DNA of 64,000 bases from Elusimicrobia bacterium UBA4817 (GTDB lineage Bacteria > Elusimicrobiota > UBA8919): assembly GCA_002402375.1 (NCBI GenBank), contig DHFT01000039.1, positions 12,809 to 76,808 on the forward strand, in the 5' to 3' direction. This document shows, in pieces, positions 56,102 to 64,000 of this stretch (position 1 is the first letter of the stretch; every line of letters begins with the position of its first letter). The translations under genes and the position numbers were made by a program. Below the pieces are notes generated by a model. That model worked only from the letters and a program-made list of their open reading frames with translations, did no database searches and was not told the origin of the DNA.

Positions 56102-57679
56102 TTACAGTTCCAGAATTTTTTTTAATTCGGGTCTTAAAATTTTCGCTCCGAATTTTTCAAACATAGCGGCATTTTCCGTGTGAACCGGTATGACAAATTT
56201 GGGATTAACCGCTTGTATGAATTTTTTTATATCATCCGCCGAAGCATGTCCGGAAGTATGCGCATATTTCATATTTAAGCCCGCAAGTTTTATCCAGTTC
56301 ACAAGTATATCATGTGAAAATTCCATTTCCTCGTTAAACGGCTCCGCTTTGCCGTAGATATAGGTTCCTATAATTTTTTTATCCACTGGTAGAAATTGCA
56401 AAAGAGTAAGCGGGCCATTTGACGTGTATAAAATATATTTTCCGGGATTTGACAGTATCTGCTGTCGTCCGAGTGGTCCCCAGATAAATTTTTCGGTAGG
56501 AATTTTTATTGCTTTGAAAAAATCTTCGCTGTTTTGTGATTTTTTTACCGTTGCGGCGAATTTGTCGTAGTCATCGGAAGATTTTTTTGACTCCGTAATC
56601 TGTTTGGCAAGAAGTATTTTCTGATGCCCGCCTCTTCCTTCAATAAAATTTTCAACAAACAGGTTGTCCTCGCTAAAAATTTTTTCTGAAAATTTCTTTG
56701 ATGTCTTTTTCAGTTTTTCCCTGGACAAATATATCTTGAAATCGTCTATGCTCGGCAAATTTTCAACAAGATTTTTCTGCTCGTTATGATTTAAGTATAA
56801 AACAAAATATGCTTTTTTATCGTCAAGGATAAGTTCCCGTCCGGTTTCTTTCGCAACCCGTGAAAGCGTTTTTACCCTGTCAATATCGGCGGGCGAGGCG
56901 TCGTAAATTACCAGACCATTTTCCTTTTTTGTAATTTCACAGCATGCTTCAAAAACCTGTTCTTCAGTGTCAAACGCTTTTTCTTCGTCTTTTCTTGAAA
57001 GCCGCGTGCCCTCTGTAATAAGAACATCTATATTCTCTTTTGCTATTTCATTTTGAAAATATTCCGTTTCTTTTTTGCGGTATCCGTGAAATCTGAAATC
57101 GCCGGTGTAAGCGATTTTTTTATTTTTCGTGTAAATCAGATATGCACCGGCACCCACGATGGAATGGTCAACATCAAACCTGCGGACAGTTAAATCCTTT
57201 CCGATTTGTCTAACTTCATCCACTTCCATAGTATTAAAAGATTCCTGACTTGACTCGGCCGACCAGTTTTTATTTATGTCGCTTCTCAGTTTAAGGAATT
57301 TTTTTGTCGCTGCGGAGGAATAAATCGGTATGTCCGGTCTTACAAGTCCGAGATAACCGGTATGGTCAAGATGCCCGTGCGATAAAATTATTGCGTCAAT
57401 TTTTCTTTCTTCCGGTGTGCCCTCAACAAAAAAATCGCCGTTCGGAAGGTATCTGACTTTTAATCCGGCATTTTTATAAAGTCCTTCTAATTCCGGGAGT
57501 ACATTTATTTTTCTTAAGTCGTCTATGTTCGTGGGTCTTAAAAGCGGGAATTCAAAAAACTTTCCCTCCTCTGAAAAAGACATTCCGAAATCCAGAAAAA
57601 CTTTCGCATTGCCCTCTTCAAGCAGAATTTTGTTTCCGCCTATTTCGTCCACCCCGCCGTAAAAAGTCAGTTTAGCCAT
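56102..57679 (-). CDS. metallo-beta-lactamase / beta-CASP ribonuclease (RNase J-like)
   Basis: 525 aa; 'YGGVDEIGGNKILLE…LDFGMSF' N-terminus like RNase J, 'LSHGHLDHTG' HxHxDH motif. Confidence 0.6.
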   Translation of the reverse strand: MAKLTFYGGVDEIGGNKILLEEGNAKVFLDFGMSFSEEGKFFEFPLLRPTNIDDLRKINVLPELEGLYKNAGLKVRYLPNGDFFVEGTPEERKIDAIILSHGHLDHTGYLGLVRPDIPIYSSAATKKFLKLRSDINKNWSAESSQESFNTMEVDEVRQIGKDLTVRRFDVDHSIVGAGAYLIYTKNKKIAYTGDFRFHGYRKKETEYFQNEIAKENIDVLITEGTRLSRKDEEKAFDTEEQVFEACCEITKKENGLVIYDASPADIDRVKTLSRVAKETGRELILDDKKAYFVLYLNHNEQKNLVENLPSIDDFKIYLSREKLKKTSKKFSEKIFSEDNLFVENFIEGRGGHQKILLAKQITESKKSSDDYDKFAATVKKSQNSEDFFKAIKIPTEKFIWGPLGRQQILSNPGKYILYTSNGPLTLLQFLPVDKKIIGTYIYGKAEPFNEEMEFSHDILVNWIKLAGLNMKYAHTSGHASADDIKKFIQAVNPKFVIPVHTENAAMFEKFGAKILRPELKKILEL

Positions 57680-57721
57680 AAAATTTTACATTAACATAAC
57701 CAGAACCGTCCCGGTAATTTC

Positions 57722-58996
57722 TTAAAAATAAAACTGCATCCACATATCCAGTTTATTCTTGTATTGTTTGCTGCCAAATTCAGAGTTGCTATTGCCTGTC
57801 AAAAAAACAGGCCAGAATATAAATTCAAAGTTCGTTATAGGTTTATAACTTAATGGAATACCCGTTGTAGAACTTCTATCATTAACGTTAAAAATAGTAT
57901 AGACAGCAGGCGTAAAATACACCCAGTTAAACGGTTCCGGCCATGACATTTTTAGATACAAGTAATCCCGCATTAGATTTGTGCCGCTGAAATTGTTTTT
58001 TGCCGTATTTATTGCGCCGGAAATAGTGTTGGTATTACCTGAAGAAGCAGCGTTAACCAGAAAATTATTATAGTTCTCAAACTCTTTCACGCTCAAGCCC
58101 GCATCGTTATGATAATACTCAAATATAGTCGTAATATTCAACTCACTAAGCCATCGCATGCCAAAAAGATATGATGTGCCGTCAATGTATTTTGTTTCAA
58201 GAGAATTATCCGCAATAAGATATTTCGGCTGGCCGCGGAACATACTGAACTCTCCGTGCATCTCCAGATTAGTAAAAAGGTTCCGGGAAAAATCTACTCC
58301 TATTTTTTCAGGATTCACCTTGCTGTAATATTGCAGAAAATCAATATCCGCATCTAAAAACAGAAAATAAAATTTACCGGCAAAATCAGTATTTTGTATT
58401 TCCGATACTTTATTGTTTATCGTGTTTGCGGAAGGTATGGCAATTAAATCGAGCGCCATGTTCTTTATCAATTCCGATTGAAAACTCTTTGAATATTCGT
58501 AATTAACCGAGAAAAGACCTGTTTGTGAAAGTTCCGGATTTTCCGGGTCCTTGACAGGATTAACGTAGCCAACCGGGTTGAAAGCATAACCCTTGCCCCA
58601 GTTATACATTTTTTTGCCCATAAGCAAAAATGAGTTAGCGGACAGGTTCACATCTCCGTACAGTTCATACAGATTAAAGTCAGTTTGATTTTCGTTGTAA
58701 TATTCTGAGTGCGTCTTCAAATGAACTCCAATGTCCTTTGTCTGATAGTCGCCGTTCAAATAAAACTCCATACGATACGAGGATAAAATATCAGATAATT
58801 GCTGGTTGTAATATTGTAGTTGATACATCGGAGAATCTTTTTTGGTGCCTAAAATTGAATACTTGACATCAAGGTTTCCGCCTAATTCCAGCATTTCCTT
58901 TTTTGATTCCGACGATGGAATCTCAAAAGAATAATCTTCAGCATAAACAGCCGAGTTAATTATTAAAATACCGGCTACTACTGGCAGAAATTTCAT
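57722..58996 (-). CDS. outer-membrane beta-barrel protein, hypothetical
   Basis: 424 aa; signal peptide 'MKFLPVVAGILIINSAVYA', Tyr/Asn-rich alternating strands, C-terminal 'WMQFYF'. Confidence 0.5.
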   Translation of the reverse strand: MKFLPVVAGILIINSAVYAEDYSFEIPSSESKKEMLELGGNLDVKYSILGTKKDSPMYQLQYYNQQLSDILSSYRMEFYLNGDYQTKDIGVHLKTHSEYYNENQTDFNLYELYGDVNLSANSFLLMGKKMYNWGKGYAFNPVGYVNPVKDPENPELSQTGLFSVNYEYSKSFQSELIKNMALDLIAIPSANTINNKVSEIQNTDFAGKFYFLFLDADIDFLQYYSKVNPEKIGVDFSRNLFTNLEMHGEFSMFRGQPKYLIADNSLETKYIDGTSYLFGMRWLSELNITTIFEYYHNDAGLSVKEFENYNNFLVNAASSGNTNTISGAINTAKNNFSGTNLMRDYLYLKMSWPEPFNWVYFTPAVYTIFNVNDRSSTTGIPLSYKPITNFEFIFWPVFLTGNSNSEFGSKQYKNKLDMWMQFYF

Positions 58997-59739
58997 TTTC
59001 TCAGCCCGTCAAGTTTTGACATATAATTCATCGTAAATACTTCATCTTTGAATTCTCTGGGTTTAACCTGAGAATAAATAATTATTGATTTATAACCTTT
59101 ATACAACGGGCTGTATGTTTCCATAACCGAAGGTCTTACAAGCCCATTGCCAAAGTCCTTGATTTCCTTAAATTCAAGCGTTTTAATAAGCATTCCGCTG
59201 GCAGAATAGCATTCAATTTTTGTTAAAATCTCGTCTTTTGCCGCCCACATTTTTAATTTATCGTAAGCAACGGTATTGTTTTTGGCTTTTAATTCAAGGA
59301 TATATTTTTTTTCGTCCTTATCCATCTTGACTACATCGTATTCCGCATTATAGTCAATCTGCATGATGTCGGCGTTATTGAATACTCCGCCGACGATTGA
59401 CTGCAAACTGGTAATACGAATCGGCTTTCCCACATTTGGTATGTAAAGCCACATGTTTTCGCCCAACCGTAAAGTAGTTCTGCCTTTTTCGCTTGCAGGC
59501 GAAAGATAAAGCATCGCAATTTTGTCTTTTCCCTTTTTGACTGTATAAAAAATGAATTCTTTTTTTCTCCCGTTCGGTTCAATATTTATAAGTTTCCTGT
59601 ATGCCTCATAACTTTCAGGCATGAGTTTCCCGTCGATTCTTTTTAACAGTTCATTGCCGTCATCCTGAGAAAACGCCCGCCCGGAAAATAAAACAAGCGA
59701 TGAAAAAATTAAAATCAAATTTGTTAATTTCATGAACAA
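58993..59739 (-). CDS. LolA-like outer-membrane lipoprotein-sorting / carrier-fold protein
   Basis: 248 aa; signal peptide; similarity to the 'outer membrane lipoprotein-sorting protein' family; precedes an FtsX permease and an ABC ATPase. Confidence 0.5.
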   Translation of the reverse strand: MFMKLTNLILIFSSLVLFSGRAFSQDDGNELLKRIDGKLMPESYEAYRKLINIEPNGRKKEFIFYTVKKGKDKIAMLYLSPASEKGRTTLRLGENMWLYIPNVGKPIRITSLQSIVGGVFNNADIMQIDYNAEYDVVKMDKDEKKYILELKAKNNTVAYDKLKMWAAKDEILTKIECYSASGMLIKTLEFKEIKDFGNGLVRPSVMETYSPLYKGYKSIIIYSQVKPREFKDEVFTMNYMSKLDGLRK

Positions 59740-59748
59740 TATCCTCCC

Positions 59749-60999
59749 TTAAACATGTCTTAACGCTTCAACCGGTTCCATTTTAGATGCTTTGAACGCC
59801 GGCTGTAAACTTGCAAGCGCAGAAATTATAACCACTATAACTAACGCAAAAAAAACTTCAGCGGTTGGTATCTGCGGGGCAAGTGAAATTTCCATCATGC
59901 CAAACTTAAATTTCAGCTTTACCAAGTTAATGAACAATATAATTATTATGCCGATGATGCTGCCTGCTATCGCACTGAAAAAACCGAGCGAAAGGCCCTC
60001 GGTCAGAAATAAAGCGAGGATTTTTGACGGCAGAGTTCCTATTGAGGCAATAGTTCCTATCTCTCCGATTCTTTCATATACGGACATCATCATTACATTT
60101 AGTATGCTGATTAAAACTATAGAAATCAGAACGAGACGCACCACCATAATCAGCAGGGTCACTATTTTTGATATGCTTGCAAACGGAGATAATTCTTCCC
60201 ATGTATGAATTTCAAACATCGGCTTAGCCGTTGTTTCCCCCTGTATATTCTTTAACTCATTTTTTAAACCGGCATATATACTGCTTAATTTATTAAAATT
60301 ATTCAATTTGATAGCGATTTCAGTAATCTCACCGTTTTCTATTCTTAAAAGCGATTTTGCATCGTCAATATGAATGTATCCGTCTTTTCCCTGGGGGCCC
60401 AGTATGTTTTCCGATATACCGGAGATTTTAAAGGTCATTCCGTTAACCGAACCGTCTTTATTTGTTGCAACCAAAACAATGTTGTCTCCGAGTTTTAAAT
60501 TCATCCCGGTTGAAATATTTAACGGGATGACAATTGAGCCGGGGGAAACAAAACTCTCGGGATTTGAATTACCTTCTTTTATCCTTTCTACAAGAGATGG
60601 ACAGGTTTTGCTTTCTTTTTCCGGATAAACGGCAGTAAATCTCATGCCTGTTGTCTGAACATAATTACTTGCCATTGCCCCGAACCTTATTCGCGGAGAA
60701 TATGCTTTTATTTCCGGATTATTATCCAATAAAGATTCTATTTTCTTCAGCCCTTTTTCAGGAATACTAATATCAAGAGGCAGGTTATCTATTGAGCCCA
60801 CATAGCCCTTTTTGTGTATCTGGATGTCGCCAAGATTGGAATTTGTAAGAATTCCGATTACTTCGCTCTTAAATGAATTGCCTACGCCGCCAAATACTAT
60901 TACCATGGCGACGCCCACGGCGATTAATGACGCGGTAAGCAAGGTTCTACGAGTGTATCTCAAAAGGTTGCGCCATGCGATTTTTATTATACTTTTCAT
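59749..60999 (-). CDS. FtsX-like ABC transporter permease (LolC/E or MacB type)
   Basis: 416 aa; N-terminal TM, large periplasmic domain, C-terminal 3 TM FtsX fold. Confidence 0.75.
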   Translation of the reverse strand: MKSIIKIAWRNLLRYTRRTLLTASLIAVGVAMVIVFGGVGNSFKSEVIGILTNSNLGDIQIHKKGYVGSIDNLPLDISIPEKGLKKIESLLDNNPEIKAYSPRIRFGAMASNYVQTTGMRFTAVYPEKESKTCPSLVERIKEGNSNPESFVSPGSIVIPLNISTGMNLKLGDNIVLVATNKDGSVNGMTFKISGISENILGPQGKDGYIHIDDAKSLLRIENGEITEIAIKLNNFNKLSSIYAGLKNELKNIQGETTAKPMFEIHTWEELSPFASISKIVTLLIMVVRLVLISIVLISILNVMMMSVYERIGEIGTIASIGTLPSKILALFLTEGLSLGFFSAIAGSIIGIIIILFINLVKLKFKFGMMEISLAPQIPTAEVFFALVIVVIISALASLQPAFKASKMEPVEALRHV

Positions 61000-61706
61000 T
61001 TGGACACCTCCCCGGGTTTTTTATTTTCCTGTTTTTGGGTAATCAATCCGTCTTCCAGTGTATAAAGAATCTCTGCTTCTCCCACGATTTTCTGGTCATG
61101 TGTAGCAAAAATAAAAGTGGTATCAAATTTTTTTTTCATTTCATGCATAAGCCCGATCACCTTATATGCAGTGGCATGGTCAAGGTTTGCCGTTGGTTCA
61201 TCCGCAAGGACGAGTTTTGGTTCGGTTACAAGCGCTCTTGCTACCGCTACGCGTTGTTTCTGCCCGCCGGAGAGTTGTGCGGGATATTTATTTTGCTGGT
61301 CTATCATCCCTACCTTTTCAAGCAAGTCATTAATTCGTTGTTTCCTCTTTTCAGTCGGAACATTCTGAACCATTATCAGCGGATATTCAACATTTTCATA
61401 AACTGTAAGTATTGGGATAAGGTTAAAATTCTGAAATATAAAACCGATGTTATCGCCTCTGAATTTTGCTGATGTTTTTCTATCCATTTGGCTAATTTCT
61501 GTATTGGCTACCAACACTTTCCCTTCCGTCGGTTTATCAAGACAGCCGATTAAATTCAGCAATGTTGTTTTTCCGCTGCCCGAAGGTCCTACAAAAGAAA
61601 CGAATTTGCCGGATTCAATAGAAATACTTATCCCTTTTAAGGCGGGGGTAAGTACTTCTCCGGTAACATAACTTTTTTTCACATTATCAAGAACTACAAG
61701 TTCCAT
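60996..61706 (-). CDS. ABC transporter ATP-binding protein (LolD/MacB-type)
   Basis: 236 aa; 'GPSGSGKTTLL', 'LSGGQKQRVAVARAL', 'LADEPT'. Confidence 0.85.
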   Translation of the reverse strand: MELVVLDNVKKSYVTGEVLTPALKGISISIESGKFVSFVGPSGSGKTTLLNLIGCLDKPTEGKVLVANTEISQMDRKTSAKFRGDNIGFIFQNFNLIPILTVYENVEYPLIMVQNVPTEKRKQRINDLLEKVGMIDQQNKYPAQLSGGQKQRVAVARALVTEPKLVLADEPTANLDHATAYKVIGLMHEMKKKFDTTFIFATHDQKIVGEAEILYTLEDGLITQKQENKKPGEVSK

Positions 61707-61874
61707 TTTCCACCTCCTTTACGGTTGCTTTATTTCAAAACCTTTAATATTGATTATACAATTATTTTTGTTTTTGTCAATTTTGTTTTCTTAGAGGTGA
61801 TATGAAATAGTCGGATGGTGCCGGTTTATTTTACATCGGAAGACCGTTGATGTTTTTTTCAACAAACAGACGCT

Positions 61875-62918
61875 TCATACAAAATATTTTTTTTTGAAAT
61901 ATGCCGCCAGATTTACAAGCGATATTAAAACCGGTACTTCTACAAGAGGGCCTATTACCGCAGCAAATGCCTGACCCGAATTTATTCCGAATACGGCTAC
62001 GGAGACCGCGATTGCCAGTTCAAAATTATTGCTTGCGGCGGTGAATGAAAGCGTTGCGGTCTTGCAGTAGCCGGCATTCAGTTTTTTTCCCATATAAAAC
62101 GAAACAAGAAACATTATTACAAAATAAATCAAAAGCGGGATTGCAATTCTAACGACATCAAGCGGAATTTTTACGATATATTCCCCTTTCAGCGAGAACA
62201 TTACAATAATTGTGAACAATAACGCTATTAAAGTTATCGGACTGATTTTCGGGATAAATTTTTCGTGATACCACTGTTTGTCTTTTATTTTTATCAGAGT
62301 AAATCGTGTAATAATTCCTGCTAAAAACGGAATGCCAAGATAGATAAAAACACTTTTTGCAATCTGTCCAATCGTTATATTTACAACCGTTCCCTTTAAC
62401 CCGAACCATCCGGGTAAAACGGTAATGAAAATCCACGTATAAACGGAAAAAAACAGAACCTGAAAAATTGAGTTGAAAGCAACAAGTCCCGCACAGTATT
62501 CCGTGTCGCCGCAAGCCAAGTCATTCCAGACAATCACCATTGCAATACATCTTGCAAGACCTATCATAATCAGCCCGACCATATATTCCGGATAATTTCT
62601 CAAAAAAATTATTGCCAGAAAAAACATTAAAATGGGGCCAATAACCCAGTTCTGTATAAGGGAAAGCGAAAGAACTTTTACGTCGCGAAATACGTCGCCT
62701 AATTCTTCGTATTTTACTTTTGCCAGCGGCGGATACATCATTAAAATCAAACCGATTGCAATTGGAATATTTGTTGTGCCAACCTGAAACTGATTCCAAA
62801 AATTTACGATTGGCGGATAAAAATATCCGGAAAACACCCCGACAGCCATTGCTAAAAAAATCCATAATGTAAGAAACCTGTCCAGAAACGACAGCTTTTT
62901 TATAACACCTTCCGTCAT
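61875..62918 (-). CDS. ACR3-family arsenite efflux transporter (bile acid:Na+ symporter fold)
   Basis: 347 aa; 10 TM helices; similar to the ACR3/ArsB BART superfamily. Confidence 0.7.
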   Translation of the reverse strand: MTEGVIKKLSFLDRFLTLWIFLAMAVGVFSGYFYPPIVNFWNQFQVGTTNIPIAIGLILMMYPPLAKVKYEELGDVFRDVKVLSLSLIQNWVIGPILMFFLAIIFLRNYPEYMVGLIMIGLARCIAMVIVWNDLACGDTEYCAGLVAFNSIFQVLFFSVYTWIFITVLPGWFGLKGTVVNITIGQIAKSVFIYLGIPFLAGIITRFTLIKIKDKQWYHEKFIPKISPITLIALLFTIIVMFSLKGEYIVKIPLDVVRIAIPLLIYFVIMFLVSFYMGKKLNAGYCKTATLSFTAASNNFELAIAVSVAVFGINSGQAFAAVIGPLVEVPVLISLVNLAAYFKKKYFV

Positions 62919-62920
62919 AA

Positions 62921-63619
62921 CTACCCCCCGATTAACAAATAAATTCCTGCGAAGATAATAAGTACTCCGCAGATTTTTTTAAGTATAACAGCACTCTTTG
63001 ATTTTTCATTCCAGTTCAGATAGTGTTGAATAATTTCAGTAAATGTTCCGGCAAAAATTATTACGGAGCAATGTCCGACGGAATAAGCAAATATTAAAGA
63101 CACCGAAAAAAATAAATTTGTTGAAGCGGTTGTAAATACGATACCTATCATCGGCGCCATATAGGCAAAGGTGCAAGGACCCAATGCGACACCAAAAATT
63201 AAACCGAGAATAAAAGCCGCTATCAATCCTTTATTTTTGTAACCCGATGCAGTTGCACTTTTGAAATCTAATGGGATTACACCGAGTAGGTGTAACCCGA
63301 CGATAAAAAATATTACTGATACAAAATAGTTCCCGTATTTACCCACATCACCCATTATTCTTCCGAGCAGACCTGTAATTATTCCTATTATTCCGATTGT
63401 GATAAGTATTCCAAAGGCAAAAAGAAGCGAAATAAAAAATGCTCTTTTGGTTGATATTCTGCCCTGTTCGTCTATAAAACCGATTATAAGCGGAATACTT
63501 GCCAGATGACACGGGCTTAAAATGATGCTCAGTACTCCCCAGATAAATGCCGATATTATTGCTATTTCCGGAGTTGAATTTAGAGCGAAAGTAAGCCGGT
63601 TAAAAATTTCAAGAATCAT
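62921..63619 (-). CDS. CcdA/DsbD-type cytochrome c biogenesis / thiol-disulfide transmembrane protein
   Basis: 232 aa, 6-8 TM helices, two conserved Cys in TM segments ('SPCHL', 'GPCTF'). Confidence 0.65.
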   Translation of the reverse strand: MILEIFNRLTFALNSTPEIAIISAFIWGVLSIILSPCHLASIPLIIGFIDEQGRISTKRAFFISLLFAFGILITIGIIGIITGLLGRIMGDVGKYGNYFVSVIFFIVGLHLLGVIPLDFKSATASGYKNKGLIAAFILGLIFGVALGPCTFAYMAPMIGIVFTTASTNLFFSVSLIFAYSVGHCSVIIFAGTFTEIIQHYLNWNEKSKSAVILKKICGVLIIFAGIYLLIGG

Positions 63620-64000
63620 TTTTTAACCCCCTGCATTTCAAGAATTTTTACCAGTTCCTCTTTAGGGAAAAATCCTTCGTGTCTAAAAAACTCTCTCCCG
63701 TTTTTATCTAAAAAAACTTGCGTTGGGATTAACCGTATTTTGTATTTTTCGGCGTAAGGTCTTCCTTCCTGCGTCCAAACATCATAAAACACGACTTTTA
63801 CCTGATCTTTGTATTCTTCTTCTATCTCTTTCATTATCGGCTGCATCATCTTGCATGGGATACATCCGACCGAACCGAGTTCAACAAAAGTAACTATCGG
63901 TTTTTCAATTTTTGAAGAAATAACTTTTTCCGATTTTTTAGGGGTTTCTTTTGGTTGTTCAATAGTTTTTGTGTCTGTCTTTTTTGTTTCTATAACAGTA
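63616..64000 (-). CDS. thioredoxin-family protein, 5'-partial (runs off the window edge)
   Basis: The called 77-aa ORF starts at Met-Met, but the same frame stays open upstream to the window end and encodes '…PIVTFVELGSVGCIPCKMMQPIMKEI…', placing the CxxC active site (GCIPC) before the called start. Confidence 0.7.
   Translation of the reverse strand, partial: TVIETKKTDTKTIEQPKETPKKSEKVISSKIEKPIVTFVELGSVGCIPCKMMQPIMKEIEEEYKDQVKVVFYDVWTQEGRPYAEKYKIRLIPTQVFLDKNGREFFRHEGFFPKEELVKILEMQGVKK

Overview
64 kb of a low-GC (roughly mid-30s % by eye) bacterial chromosome, densely coding, with every credible gene on the minus strand. The plus-strand ORFs in the track are antisense shadows. Gene content: housekeeping genes (alaS, purH, recX, ligA, nusB, smc, mutL, mutS, trxB, arfB) and an FMN-riboswitch-controlled riboflavin operon (ribD, a PHP-domain phosphoesterase, ribE, ribBA, ribH, then nusB). 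A five-gene operon encodes two clostripain-like (C11) peptidases with type IX secretion system (T9SS) C-terminal sorting domains, two FadL/PorV/PorQ-like outer-membrane (OM) beta-barrels and an LpoB/CsgG-like OM lipoprotein. A cobalamin salvage and transport cluster (btuB-type TonB receptor, btuCDF-type ABC importer, cobS, cobT, a Dph6/MJ0570-like PP-loop ATPase, cobU, cobO) is controlled by two cobalamin riboswitches. Also present are a LolA-like/FtsX/ABC export module and a thioredoxin/CcdA/ACR3 cluster at the window edge. T9SS cargo proteins suggest a member of the Fibrobacteres-Chlorobi-Bacteroidetes (FCB) superphylum, but the promoters look like classic sigma70 TTGACA-N16/17-TATAAT rather than Bacteroidetes-type. 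Unusual features: many in-frame 7- to 8-bp tandem repeats (about 4 copies) inside conserved genes (alaS, purH x3, ligA, ribE, ribD) and in signal-peptide-coding regions; a 1.2-kb insertion carrying an AAA ATPase bounded by imperfect direct repeats that duplicate the purH 3' end; an AT-rich 2-kb islet with an ORF6N-domain fusion protein; REP-like palindromes and short dispersed intergenic repeats; a PP-loop ATPase in the B12 cluster that lacks a canonical start codon.
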